The notes beneath the pieces were generated by a model. The model was not told the origin of the DNA. It did not search any database and worked only from the letters and a program-made list of their open reading frames with translations. DNA of 64,000 nt from Botryllus schlosseri (taxonomy: Eukaryota), in contig CM119372.1 in the NCBI GenBank assembly GCA_051294905.1, positions 34,536,001-34,600,000 of the forward strand. Direction: 5' to 3'. A program made the position numbers and the translations under genes. Shown here piece after piece: positions 1-13,168 of the stretch. Position 1 is the first letter of the stretch. Every line of letters starts with the position of its first letter.

Positions 1-544
1 ACTTAGGCATGGTGACGATTCTGTCGAGGCATATCTAAATTTATATAGAGGGAGATGTAAGTGGTATTATGGCTTTCTACACTGCGCAGTCTGCATTCAA
101 ATTTTCGTATATAGATGCATAGTTCTGTCGTGTCGCTGTTATTTTACTATCTAGAACAGTGGGTCTCAACCGAAGATCCTCGAGGTATTTACATGCTGGG
201 TTCCACGAAACCTCTAAATTTGCGTCAAATTTGTTGTCAATCAGGGTAACGTAATGTTTGCAAAACTTTCTGGATTTGAAACCGTCGCTGGAAAATGGAT
301 TCCTGAACAATTTTCGTGATCTGTCTCAGCAGAATAAATGTTCGTCACACGTTCTTGTTCCACTTTCGCCTCTCGTTCATATCGAGTTGCAGGCGTGGAT
401 TTCCAAGACACGATCACGCATTTTCTGATTTACTTGTGACATGCAAATCCAATCAAGTGAAGTCGTTTTGAGACAATGAATTGTCTTTGCAGATTCCTCG
501 TGGTATGAAGTCAGTTTTTGAAGTGTACAAGTAGCCTACAGCCG

Positions 545-691
545 ACACTCTACGGCAGCTACTTTCAACCGCATTTAGACAAATGTTAACGACTTTCCTA
601 TGAGCTTATTGCACGTTTTTTATCAATAATCTACATAATGAGACATGGATACGTATCTTTTTTGTGATTTTCCAAATTATGGACAACCCTA
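545..691. mobile_element. Terminal inverted repeat of a hAT element (family of 40938-44416); the rest extends left or is decayed
   Basis: ...gagacatggatacg...ttttccaaattatggacaacccta is nearly identical to 44265-44416. Confidence 0.8.
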
Positions 692-1089
692 CTATATACA
701 CATTGATACACAATACCATTTAAATCATTATTAGGTCAAAGTTATCACAGCCGACTTCTAATTGCTTCGAACGATCTCGATAGCATGCGAACATAACCAT
801 GCATGAGAAGGTTAATTTATATTTCGTGACGCATGACATACGAACTGGCATCTATAAAAGTTAGTATTTTATGCTGTACCCTTCGCGGCATGCGTTTCAT
901 GTCGCTTGGGTAGAAGCTATGTGCCGTTCCTTCGTTTGACTCACAACGTTGCTGGACGATGACGACATCCATATAGATAGAATATGAAATAGAGAAATAG
1001 ATATACTCTTACTCCGTGACCCTATTTTCCTAACTGCCAGACGATGTTCTACTAAATCTAAATAGAAACATATTCCTAGAGATAAGAAC

Positions 1090-1712
1090 TAGGGATGGCG
1101 TGAACGTGAGATTCACGTTCGTGTTCTGTGTGTGAACCTCAGAAATTTAGAGGTTCAAGTTCACAAACGAACCTTGGTAGGCTCTGCACTGTGAACCTTT
1201 TTCATATATTATTATTATTGGCTGAAATTTATTGCATTTCAACTGCGGCCACTCTATGCATGGCGCTGGCAGCATAGAACAATCAACACTAAACGAGCAT
1301 ACACTTTGACAATCTCAGAAATCTTTTTTGCTTTGTTATACAAAAGTTTGCTCGAAATATCCAGCTTTCCGTTCGTGAATATTTAGTGACTCTCTGCTGT
1401 GAGCTTGACCCGCAATCACACAACATCAAGAGTGAAATACACCACACAGTCAGCGAATAATGCTTATTCACTCAAGCAATGAAATTTATATTGTTGCCTG
1501 ATGTAAAAAAATCTAGCGAATGTACGGGGTCAATCTTGACTTCATATGTTTATTGTATCATAAAAACAAAGTCATTGCGATATGGGTGTTGACTACTGCT
1601 GTATAATTTGTTTAAGGGGTAATATCGGTAGCAAGTATAGAAACCCCTTTACACTCCGCTCAATATCAACGTCGCAATGATCAGACGCCGAATACATTGT
1701 CCAGTCTGGCCT
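1090..1712. mobile_element. Partial hAT-type non-autonomous element (TAGGGATGG end, GTGAAC subterminal repeats), family of 34771-37934
   Basis: 1090-1440 is the reverse complement of ~37585-37934; 1520-1712 is the reverse complement of ~35110-35303. Confidence 0.8.
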
Positions 1713-2159
1713 GGACCGTTGAGGAGTAAGCTTATATTCCACTGTAAGTTCATATATGGCTCTTTTGGGTATAAGAGAAAATTTAAATTTTGTACTCAAT
1801 TTATTAATATTGCAGGAACTTGTTTGTAATTTTTCATGGCGGTCAGAATGATTATTCTAGTGGCAGCAGAAACATTTCTTTGAGACAGTTCTAATTTACG
1901 GCGAGAAATAAACTGGCTTGGGAGTGACATTCACAGTTACAAATTCGAATTATAACAACGTCATAGCTATTCATGTTTTCTATCGGTAAGTAGCTTTTAA
2001 GCACCGCCGTAAAAACTGTAGGTGTGTAGCGCAGCTTTATACGCTACGCCGAATACTTTGGACGTCGATCAATACTTGGATTTTCGGAACCATCGCGACA
2101 ATTACATTTTATTAATATCAGTGATTATAAATGCAAAGTTATTTACGATGAGTGGCGCT

Positions 2160-2366
2160 ATCAGTGGTGAGACTTGTCCCGTCTGTGCCTCATCTGTGCC
2201 TTTACCTCTCGTTTCTTTCGCGCTTTATTTTCAAACAATAAATATGAAAATTTCGTGATTTTTAGAACAAAAATATCCAAAATCTAGTCATTCATAAACA
2301 TCGACATAAAATATCAATAATCATTGAAGGTTTCACAATTTTCCTCCACTGGTCCCTGATGACATC
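2160..2366. repeat. Dispersed repeat fragment similar to ~33960-34135
   Basis: Shared tgcctca.ctgtgcct...ttcgcgct.tatttt...aaaatatcaataatcat.ga.ggttt sequence. Confidence 0.55.
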
Positions 2367-3214
2367 TAGTGACCATTATTGGCTTCTCCTAAGCACGTGA
2401 GCACAAAAATGGCGAACATTACGGATCCCATATATTTGAGCAACCAGTACGTCACTGATTTTAATTTTGACGTAACAGTTGATTGGCTCTTTGGTAGTTA
2501 CAGTTGAAAATATTGGCTGAATGTGGCTCTACGGTCGAGAAAGGTTCCCGACCCTACTTTACCGAGACAAAGGACCAAGCAATAGCTATTGACAGAGGCA
2601 GAAACGCAAGTGCGAAACCCTTCTTGTTGTGTGTCTGTTACATGCAAAATATAATACCTCTACAAAGAATATAATTGTGTGGTCTCAATGCTGTATAACG
2701 TTTGATTTTTTGGCAATTCCGTTGTTTGTTCAGTTGTTCCGAGTAAATTTCTTGCTAGGATTGAACGCCTATCCTTCGTAATATAACGTATACTACTATT
2801 ACATACAAGGTTGAATAAAGCATTCCAGTGAAAACAAAGTGATGGATTTGGAGGTACCATTGTGAAATCAGTTGACTGGTGCAGCCCGCAAGCGGTCAAA
2901 AGTTTTGAATCCAAGCTGAGTGTGACAACCCTGTTATAGAGACCTTATGGATATGGATATACTCACAACGAATTTCAAAATATATAGGTGGGATGCTGCA
3001 CCCAGTTCTTTCAACATGCATGTAATGAAAAGAAATAACAAATATTTTGTGTATGTAATCGTTGACCGAACACTAAACTGAATATTTCTTGAAGGTATGA
3101 CAAGGAAATATAATTTCATGTTATAAGTCTCAAACACATGTACATTTAGGGCATACTGAGGACAAATGTAACCAGGGGCAAATCTACCTCACTGCTAGTA
3201 GGGTGGGGAAATAC

Positions 3215-4490
3215 CAGAGGTGGTCAAAGTAGTCAAGAAAGCTACTTAAGTAGAAGTAGAAGTAGCGACGAAAGAATCTACTCAAGTACAATTACAAGTA
3301 CTTCTTCATACGAGCAACCTAAAACTACTTGAAGTAGAAGTAGAATTGACTGATTTTAAATCTACTCAAGTAAGTAAATAGTCGTGAAAACGATCGTACT
3401 TCGTTCGCATGGATAGTCAAAAGGTGTAAATTGAGTTATGCGAAAGGTGCCGAGCTTGATTCATATGATGCATACCAAGAGGTATTCAATTTTCGACAGC
3501 ATAAACATTCGTCCGCATCATGGGATGAAAATGATAGTACTGATATGGAAATGCGATACTAATCCCCTGTTTAATCGAATAGCACGTTTTAGAAAATATC
3601 ATGGAATGTCGCACTCCCCCATATTATAGGACCCGTAGTTTAGTCGAAGAGCAATACGGAGAAAAAGTGTTGGATGCGGTGTAAAGACTTTGCGCGATTG
3701 GTAAACGTGAATAAAAAATATGGTGGATTGTAAAAATGCCATATTGTGTAGCTTTATTTCCGGAAATTAAAGGCATTATTACACTTGCTTGTATACTTCA
3801 ACAAGTAAGTTATCAAAACAAAAGAACTGATATTAATTAGAACTCAAAGTATATGATATTGGGAATTGAAAGTGTAATATAAATACTACTTCTAAAAGCG
3901 GAAAATGTATTTCATGTGTTTAGTCCAGAAAGTTTCAAAGGTGGTATGCTAAACCGCTCTAAACCTAAAAAAAGTCAGAGTCCACTCTTCCAGATTAAGA
4001 CACGCCATCGACTGATATATTACTATATGATAAATAAATGCTAGGCTGTTTTAAACGTTATGATGAGCCATATATAGTGTGATTAAATATTTCATATTGG
4101 CGAAGGGTGACAATGCGGTGTGAACGGAACCACGCCAACCAGCTACCTAAATTATATTCACAGATACTTTCGTGAAATCATACTGGCTACTCCGTATCCA
4201 CTAAGCGCGAAGCGCGACAAAAATTCTGGGCTTTACTCAACTTTTATGAAGATTAAATGTTGATAGTTCATGAAAAAAGCCCCGAAATTCCTCAGGCTAT
4301 CTTTCTGATTGGAGGATTAAACTACTTCTACTTGACAAACTGAAAATATCGAAAAGTAAGTAGGTAGATCACAAAATAATGCGAAGTAGAAGTAGCGAAA
4401 ATCCGATCCACTTGAGTAAGTACCAGAAGTAGAGGAAAGCTACTTGAGTACTTCGAAAAAGCAGAAGTACTTCGTTACTGACCACCTCTG
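3215..4490. mobile_element. Non-autonomous hAT element, family A (CAGAGGTGGTCA TIR, AAGTAG subterminal repeats)
   Basis: TIRs cagaggtggtca...tgaccacctctg; TSD ggaaatac/gaaaatac; further full copies at 9059-10288 and 52683-53912. Confidence 0.9.
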
Positions 4491-5346
4491 GAAAATACAA
4501 TCTCTTTTCAATGCTGAATATCTTTGTTCATATGCTGGTATAACTATTTATCTACTGCATATGAATCTTGTAACAGCCAGAAGTTCAATACCAGAACAGA
4601 TCCTTGCCATTCCAATTCTAAGATGACCATCCGTCGGAACGGCCATACAGACGTGGTGATGTGAATCTTAGGGTTCGGAAATTTCCGTGCTTATACCAGC
4701 CTTTCTCATGTTGATCGACTTTTGGTGTATCGACCTTCAATGGTCACTTAAAAACTTAACCATGATTGAATCTGAAATCCTGAAAATAATGGCACATTTT
4801 AGCCGACTTTGTGTTCGGTGGACTAGAAAACAAGGACGTATGGTAAACCTAGTCCAGGGGTGGCCAACCTTTTTGCTATTCGCGGCCGCATTTAGATTAG
4901 TCATGTAGCATACGGTCGTATTCCAGGGCATACCTCGTAATGAACAAACTGGACGCCAAATACCCATTTTAAACTGTCCATGTCTACTTTCAGTGAGCTC
5001 TGGACTAATCTATTTATTCATTTCGCATTATTATACGCACCGAAATCGCGAGTGGTTATGTTATGAATAGATTCTCGGATTCGTCATGATCGCGCTAAGC
5101 GCGAAAAGTTTTCAGATTCACGAGTGATTTTCCTCATTAATATTAGTAGTTTGACATATTCCTATCAAAAATATATCCTTTCTCAGCCCATATGATCAGA
5201 TTTCCCGATAGAGTTGACGGCGGGTGTGTTTTCGAAAATTTGGGGCAAGTTATAAATGATTTTGTATCTTAGGGTGGTCAATTGTAATTAGTAACTTTGT
5301 TGCATGCTGTTATTTCATGACCCCTGTCAGTATAGTCGGTATAGTG

Positions 5347-7376
5347 CAGTGGTTCCCAACCTTTTTCGATGGCAGGGCCAAATTTAGAATTTCAGAGTAC
5401 GGCCGGGGCCGCACGAATACCAGGGCAATGAAAGGAAACGAAAATAGTCACCAAAATGCGAAAATTGGCATTGTTCCGATCATTCGCTTGACGCCATTGG
5501 CCATTGTGTTGCCGCGCTCCCGTTGTTCAGAACAATCAACCTTTACTGGCTATTTCGGAGTAGTTTTATTGCCCTGGCGAGATTTCAATTCGTATTTTTG
5601 GAATCAGTGCGACACTTGCTTTCGATAAACACCGACATATCAAATTATTCGGACGCTTGGGTCGCGAGCCATAGGACTACCAATTATGCTGCTTTTTGCC
5701 GGCTAAGCAGTACGCATATCGGCGTATTCAATCGTGAGTCACTTCTTGCACATCTATCCGTAAATTAGTTATCAATACCCAGGGCCGTAACAGCACTTCG
5801 TCAGACCCCCCTAAAAACGTTACTCTTTGGCCCCCGTAGGGTGATAAACCGAACTTCGAAGCCCCAGACCCCCTCAGGCTACATGGCTATTTACCACTAT
5901 TTATCATCTAAATGGGGTGTGCGTTTTCGGCAGCTTCTCTCGACAAATCGCGCGAAGCGCGAAAAAATTCTATAATTCATGATTGAATCGGTCAATATAA
6001 TCGGGAATTGCATATAAATTTGTTTCAATTTTTATCCTCTCTTTGCTCACGTAATCATATTAACCGGTTGAGCCGAGTGAGTTGTGTTTGAATAGGTAGG
6101 ACCACTCAATAATAATAAAACATCTTCGGGCGTATACCAGTTGGCAGGAACGAAACAGCCCTTCGTCAGGCCCCTCAAAACACTTAGGTCTTGAGCTCCC
6201 ATAGGGTGATAAACCGACCCCCGTGCCGTTGTTCGTTTCCGCCACGAAATCAGGATCCCCGTTTAGTGAGCCAACGTGGAGCGCGAAAATCTTCGATAAT
6301 TCAAAATAAAATAGGTCAATAAGATCGGGAATTGCATATATATTGCTATCAATTACTTGTCCTCTCTGCTCACGTAATCAGATTTACCGGTAGAGCTGAG
6401 TGAGGCGTCTTGGAAACTGTAGGGCCAGTAAATAATATTTAAACATATTCGGACGGGCGGACCCGTTGGTACGACTTCGTTACGTGATGTTATTTGTTAT
6501 TTCGTGACCTCCAGTCTGCTATATCAAAAAATATAGCATCGCCCAAACGTATCTAAACTAAAAGATGCACACGATTTCCAATTGGTAGTTCTTCACTGGC
6601 ATATAATTCTTCCCTGCGGGATGGTAGCCTATTTGTCTCGTGACGTTCAGGTTGCCAAGACAGGAACATTTGGCGCCAGTCATTTAGGCACCTGTGGTCA
6701 ATTATACCTATGTGTATTTTGAGTATACATAACGAAGTTTTCGGTCGGCGTAAGGGCAGTCCTTTTCGGCCAAGGTTTTCTCGCTGCCTATCGTTCTGGC
6801 ACACTTCTTGGAGTCGCATGTTACATGGCCTAAAACGTTATATGTCTTCGTGCGTCGTGGCGCGGTAATGGCCAACGCCGATATGGCCATTTCTATAAAT
6901 GTTGCGTATTTTATCTTGGTAGAAGAGTACCCAATAATGAAGGTACTGGGAAACTTTAAATCGCGCACGGCGCGAAAAATTTTTGAAGAAGTTGCATAAA
7001 ATTTCATAAAATACTGTATAATTTATGCTAATTCACTAAATATTTTTAGGCCCCCTTCGAACTCGCTCCCCCCAATTGTGGGGCTTGGAGTGCGGCAGTT
7101 ACGGTCCTGTCAATACCTATATCTATAGGTACGGCCCGTTCAACTGGAAAGTTCGGGCACATTGCATTGAAACAGCAGTGACGCAATCTTAGCAGTCTAC
7201 TCACAACTTGCCTGCAATCCTAATTGAAAACTCCAGACTCCAAGCCAAGCAAGAGTATTTTATAAATATATATATTTTTTTCTTCATAAATTGATTCCTC
7301 AATATTTTTGTGGGGGCCGCAAGAAGGGTAGCTGGGGGCCGCGTGCGGCCGTCAAGGCCGCGGTTGGGAATCACTG
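5347..7376. mobile_element. hAT (Buster/Charlie-type) MITE nested in 4855-7737
   Basis: TIR cagtggttcccaacc...ggttgggaatcactg; perfect TSD gtatagtg. Confidence 0.9.
5780..7109. mobile_element. Non-autonomous hAT element, family C (CAGG(G/A)CCGTAAC TIR), innermost of the nest
   Basis: TIR cagggccgtaac...gttacggtcctg; perfect TSD tcaatacc; internal ~350-bp duplication; inverted sisters at 36370-37563 and 47138-48053. Confidence 0.9.
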
Positions 7377-8184
7377 GTATAGTGGAAAGATAATGGAATG
7401 GCCCAGAAGCTTCCGAAACCAATTTCTTTCGTGATGAAGACACGATTTCAAGTGGATATTTCTACATGGGGTGCATCTTTTTTTCTCTGCTGTTCACATC
7501 CGTACTACGGTGCTCAGAATGCAAATGCGCTACCACATCAAAATCAAACAATAAAGTCCCATTGAATCGCGCGCAGCGCGAAGAAAATTACAAGGTTGAT
7601 CAAAATCTCTTAAAAACGTGGCAGTCAAATCTTAAATTCAATTTTCGTGTCGTCGACGGCCGCCAACGCATACTAATTTAATTTCGTGTCCACGGCCGTA
7701 CAAATTTCCTTCTACGACCGCAGGTTGGCCACCCCTGACCTAGTCCATTAGACATTTCAATTGCCACGGGAGATGCATACCTGTTGACCATGTGTACCCA
7801 AGCCCTCGAGAACATTTCTTCACCAGGTATAGTAAATACATTTGTCCAGATGAATACCGAAGCGTTCTAATAAGCGATTTTGTTCATGTTTGGTTATGCA
7901 ACAGTTACTTTCTGCTCTCTAAGCAATCGTAGCAGAAATCAGCGGGGGTACAATACAGCATCATTGCGATTACTTAAAGTCTATATTACGCATATATATT
8001 GCATACGGATTGGTATCACGAATCATCAGTTTGGAGAATGTTGTAGGAACTTACTCTGTGTGTGATTTAAATAAAGCAAGTGAGCATTATACTCCAATGA
8101 TAAGCAGTCAGAGCTCAGGAAAATCGCACAATTTATTTAACGGCACGAAGTATATTTCAAACTCTGGAAGTGATCACAAAAAAA

Positions 8185-10924
8185 GTCTGGTTAATGCACC
8201 AAAACGGTTACAGCGCATGTTACTTCAGCTCCAAAAGTATGACTTCGAGGTGATATACAAGCCTGGATCACAATTATTTGTGGCGGATACGTTGAGTCGT
8301 GCGTACATTCCGAAGTCACCCAAAGACGCAGAAACTGCTGATGTATTTGATATCTTTCAACGGACTGAACATGAACATATCGACATGTTGAATGATATAC
8401 CGGTATCAAGCTCCACGCTCGGCATGGTCAGCCAAGCAACAATCTCTGATTCTCTCATGAACACGTTAATCTCTTTTATAAAACATGGGTGGCCGAATGA
8501 AGCCAAGCTGGTACCCCAATCAATTCGAAAATTCTACTGTTTTAAAGCGGAGTTGACATTTCAGGATCAAATCGTTCTGAAGGGTGATCGTATTGTCAAA
8601 CCGTCGTTCATAAAAGGCACTATTCTCAAGCGACTTCATGCCAGTCATGTTGGAATTCAAGGTTGTGTACGCCGAGCTCGTGAATGTTTGTATTATCCCA
8701 ACATGGTTAACGACATTACCGACTTCGTATCAAGCTGTCCCACATGTGGCTTACACCAACCCAACCAACAGAAGGAAAGTCTGATTTCACATCCGGTACC
8801 AGGACGTCCTTGGCAAATAATCAGTAGCGATTTATGTGAATTTGACGGACAACATTATTTGATTACAGTTGATCACTACTCGGATTATTTTGAGGTAGAT
8901 CGACTAACCTCACAGACTTCTACAGCAGTTATTCGCCGCTTAAAATCACATATGGCACGTCATGGAATTTGCGAGAAATTGATTACTGACAATGGTCCAT
9001 GCTATGCTGCTCATGACTTCGAGGCATTTGCAAAGGAATATAAGTTTTAACTTGTGACCAGAGGTGGTCAGTAACGAAGTACTTCTACTTTTTCGAAGTA
9101 CTCTACTTCTTTTGCTCTACTTCTGGTACTTACTCAAGTAGATCTGATTTTCGCTACTTCTACTTCTACTTCATAATATTTTGTGATCTACTTGACGAGG
9201 AATTTCGGGGCTGTTTTCTCGGAGTATTAACATTAAATTTTCATAAAAGTTGAGTAAAACCCAGAATTTTCGTCGCGATTCGCGCGCAGTGTATACGGGG
9301 TGGCCAGTAATATTTCACGAAAGTATCGGTGAATATAATTTATGTAGCGGGTTGACGTGGTTCCGTTCACACCACATTGTCGCCCTTCGCCCATATGAAA
9401 TATTTCATCACAGTATATATGGCTCATCACAACGTTTGAAACTGATGTTTCGCAATCTAGCATACTTATCATATCGTAATCTAGCATGTCGATTGTCCAA
9501 GGCGTGTCCTAATCTGGAAAAGTGGACTGTGACTTTTTTTTAGTTTTTGAGCTGTTTTAGCATACCACCTTTGAAACTTTTTGGACTAAAGACATGAAAT
9601 AGATGTTCCGCTTTTAGAAGTAGTATTTATACTTCACTTTCAATTCCCAGTATCATATACTTTGAGTTCTATAATTGATATCAGTTCTTTTGTCTGGATA
9701 ACATACGTGTTTAAGTATAAAAGCAAGTGCCCTTAATTGCCGGAAATAAAGCTACACAATATGACATTTTTACGCTCCACCATATTTTTTATTAACGTTT
9801 ACTAATCGCGCAAAGTATTTACACCCTATCCTAAACAACTTCTCCGTATTGCTCTTCGACTAAACTACGGGCTTTATAATATCGGGGAGGGCGCCATCCC
9901 ATGATACTTTTTAAAACGTGCTGTTCGAGAAAACAGAGGATTAGTATCGCATTTCCATATCGATACTATCATTTTCATCCCATGATGGGGACGAATGCTT
10001 CTGCTGTCGAAAATTGGATACCTCCTGGTACGCATCCATATGAATCGAGCTCGGCACTTTTTGCATAGCTCAATTTGCACCTTTTGACAATCCATGTGAA
10101 CGAATTAGGATCGTTTTCATAACTACTTACTTACTCGAGTAGATTTAAAGTCAGTCAATTCTACTTCTACTTCAAGTAGTTTTAGGTTGCTTATGGAGGA
10201 AGTACTTCTACTCGTACTTGAGTAGATTTTTTCGACGCTACTTCTACTTCTACTTGAGTAGCGTTTTTGACTACTTTGACCTCCTCTGCATGTGACCAGC
10301 TCTCCAGGACACAGCCAATCGAATGGAAAGGCGGAATCAGCTGCCAAAATCTTCAAATCGTTACTCCGTAAAGCGACAACTGACAAAAAAGACATAAATA
10401 TTGTACTGTTGGATTGGAGGAACACTCCAGGAGAGACCGCTCCTGGCTCTCCAGCACAGAGGCTATTTGGAAGACGCACCAAGACCTTGTTGCCATAAGC
10501 AACTAAACTGCTTGAGCCGAAAATTGTTTCTGATATCATTCCATCGCTTTTGGATCGGAAAAGAAAACAGGCAAAGTATTACAATCGTGGTGCAAAAGAC
10601 CTCGCCCTGTTGAGTCCCGGTAAACAGGTTCGATTCAAAAGGACAGAAAATGGCTTGTGGCTCGAAGCGGTGGTGATTAAGCAACTGACTGATCGATCGT
10701 ACATTGTTGAGGCGACAGATGGAACGATCTACCGACGCAACAGAAAGTTTATTCGAACTACTGTAACTCGCCCGCATGTTGCATTTGACTTTGACGACAT
10801 TTCGATTGCCAGACCAGCAGTAGTGAACAGCGACACTAATGGGTCGCTATCTAGTTCCAGTCGCGGCAGGCCAAGCCGTACAGTAATTCGACCAGCATAC
10901 TTGCAAGACTATATTACAACTTGA
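8185..10924 (+). pseudogene. pol: Ty3/Gypsy pol 3' fragment (RNase H end, integrase HHCC and DDE, C-terminus), disrupted
   Basis: APKRLQRMLLQLQKYDFEVIYKPG..ADTLSRA; LHASH..CPTC; SDL..TDNGP..SNGKAE; SPAQRLFGRRTKT; YRRNRK. Interrupted by element 9059-10288 and in-frame stops at 9048 and 10496. Confidence 0.92.
9059..10288. mobile_element. Family A hAT element (inverted) inserted in the Gypsy integrase
   Basis: TIRs; TSD cttgtgac/catgtgac; removing it restores EYKF*HVTSSPGHSQSNGKAE. Confidence 0.92.
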
Positions 10925-10988
10925 TTCGTTGCTGTAATTTATATCCCAAGTCGGTTCGTTTCGTTTTCTATAATTTTTGTGATGTTTT

Positions 10989-11160
10989 GAGAAGGGGATG
11001 TTACGTGGGTTATCGTATGTATTATGATGATGCTTCTCTGTAAAGTAGCAAGGTATGACGTCATGCGTTACCCAGCTGTGCATGACCGCATCACTCCTGC
11101 TTGACCGCTTCATCTCATCTCTGGTTGTTGGTACATGGAAGCCATAATAAATGTACAGCA
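10989..11160 (+). mobile_element. Polypurine tract and 3' LTR (possibly truncated) of the Gypsy element
   Basis: PPT gagaagggga (10989-10998) directly followed by TGTTACG; AATAAA near 11146; abuts R4-like sequence at ~11161. Confidence 0.7.
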
Positions 11161-11334
11161 AGAAACAAATACATTAACCGGCTCAAGTCAATTCTCAAAA
11201 CTGAACTCAATTTCAAAAACAAAATCAATGCCATAAACAGTCTTACAGTGCCTATCTTGAGATAGCTTTGGTTTGGTGAACTGGCGCAAAGATGAAATTA
11301 AAAAATTGGACACAAAGACGAGAAAACTGATGGC

Positions 11335-12342
11335 TAGGGCGATTTTTTTTTACATGTCAAAAAAAGTCAAAATTAGGTCAGAAGCGTTAGGTCAAAATTT
11401 GTCAAAATTGTTTACAAAATCAGATATTTTTTGACCTCTACATTTCGTTTGTATCGTAGATTTTGCGCTGACTGTGAACTTATCATTTGATAATTTACAG
11501 CCTGTAGCCTACTTTATAGGCCTACCGTTGTAAACGGCCCATCGTCTGCTCATTGTGAATCATAAACGGTCAAATGAAACAAATAGTGAAATGGTTTTAT
11601 GGTCAACGTACCGCAATATCCTAACTGAAGCAAGATTGCTTGGGCATTGCATGGTTCTTACATCAAGAAGCGCAAGCTGAAAAATTGTGATATAGACAAC
11701 ATTGTCAGAATGAAGCAACACGGTGCATCACCAGCAAGCAGTGTGCACACAACTTCAGTGTTGTCAGCTAACAACTGTTGTTGAACGTTCTTTCTCCATT
11801 CTTGGCAAGCTACTTAGTAAGAACAGACACTTTCTCACCCGAGATAGCGCAGTGGTATAATCCGCGGCTGCAACACCAATGGGTGTGGGTTCGATTCCGA
11901 CCGAGGTCGACTTCATAATTCCGATAGCTAAGTGTTGGAGGTTTACCTAGGCTCCGCCTCGCCACCTCATCCGCGTACGCCGTGTCTTACAAAAAAGCCT
12001 AGAGGTGGGCCGTGCTATATGTTGGCAGTTACGGAAAATAATGAAGAATATCGGCCTGGTGTAAATGACCGTAGTAGTTGACAAACACCATGAATACCAT
12101 GTAAAAATGTGTTAGTTTTTGAGCCAAAAACGTTCTTTCAGGCCAATCTACTTTGTAAGGACAGACAGTTCCAACCAGAAATGAAGATAAGTTGTACAAT
12201 TTTAACATTATGTGCGAAAACACCTAATTTGCATACGTGAGGTCAAAATTTGGTCAAATTTCAGTTTTTTCAGGTCAAAAAAAGTCAAAATTTAGATTTT
12301 TTAGGTCAAAATCATCCGTTTAGGTAAAAAAAAAACGCCCTA
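11335..12342. mobile_element. Non-autonomous hAT element, family D (TAGGGCG TIR, GGTCAAAA subterminal repeats)
   Basis: tagggcgattttt...aaaaacgcccta; TSD ctgatggc/ctgatgac; carries a transposase C-terminal remnant (CQLT..VERSFSILGKLL). Confidence 0.85.
11837..12100 (+). mobile_element. tRNA-derived SINE (Cys-like GCA loop) inside family D element
   Basis: A box TAGCGCAGTGG, B box GGTTCGATTCC; the body (gtgtcttacaaaaaagcctagaggtgggccgtgcta...) recurs at ~27700-27850 (+) and 30821-30938 (-). Confidence 0.7.
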
Positions 12343-12933
12343 CTGATGACAATGCATCATATGCATCACCCAAAATCTGATACACAAAGACTGTACATCG
12401 CCAGAAAAAAGGTAGTCGAGGACTACAAGAAATTGAACAAACTTTCAATACAGAAATCATCGGCTTGTCACAGTACATCAACAACAGCGATAACACTTAC
12501 TGCAAACTCATTGCACAGGAAGACAAACAGCGCAAAACAAAATCTCCGAGCTATGGACACGACAAGTACGTCAGAGAAGGCAACATGGAAACAGCTAGCC
12601 TGTACACTGCTGAAAACATTGTTGCCAAACCCACAACAATAGCAAAAGCAGCACGAGTTCGATACAAAAATTCAACGCTCAAAATGAGAGAAACGATATG
12701 GGAGTTGATGCCTCTTCATGGACAGCACAAGAAGTTAACTTCACAGCCCCATGTAGACGAGCTTTCATGGACCTGGCTATCCAGCTCTGGCCTGAAACCG
12801 GCAAGCGAAGGATTCATTTTCGCAGCACAAGACCAATCGCTTCCTACAAAATACTATCGCAAAAGAATTCTGAAGCAAAACATGGACGGCAAATGCAAAA
12901 TGTGCCACAACCAAAATAAAACTGTGGCACATC

Positions 12934-13168
12934 CAGAGGTGTTCAGTAACGAAGTACTTCTACTTTTTGAAGTACTTGAAGTAGATTTTTTCTACCCACA
13001 CTACTTTTTAAGTAGTTATGATTTTAGACTACTTCTACTTCTACTTGACAGTTTTCAGTTTTGTAGGCACAAAGAAACGTAAAATACCTACTTACTTACT
13101 TACTTACTTGTGAACCACCACTTCTACTTCTACTTGAGTAGCGACGGTGACTACTTTGACCACCTCTG
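12934..13168. mobile_element. Short MITE related to family A, inside the R4 CCHC knuckle
   Basis: TIR cagaggtg...cacctctg; TSD ggcacatc/agcacatc; sister at 36020-36283. Confidence 0.88.

Larger units (their letters stand above)
4855..7737. mobile_element. hAT (Buster/Charlie-type) MITE, family B, outer element of a triple nest
   Basis: TIR caggggtggccaacc...ggttggccacccctg; perfect TSD acctagtc; sister copy at 24396-25510. Confidence 0.9.

Noticed and set aside
77..310. 77-aa minus-strand ORF as a gene or transposase
   Set aside because: No motif I can recognise and surrounded by stops; lies inside a probable TE.
3438..3629. Similar short ORFs recurring at 3438, 9874 and at 9233, 53458 as a small gene family
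   Set aside because: All lie within family A copies; frames and stops are not conserved between copies.
8010..8184. N-terminal part of the 346-aa ORF as Gypsy protein
   Set aside because: No pol motifs before LVNAPKRLQR; chance open frame upstream of the truncation point.
11837..11910. tRNA-Cys gene
   Set aside because: Poor acceptor and anticodon stems, and it continues into a dispersed repeat body; read as a SINE head.
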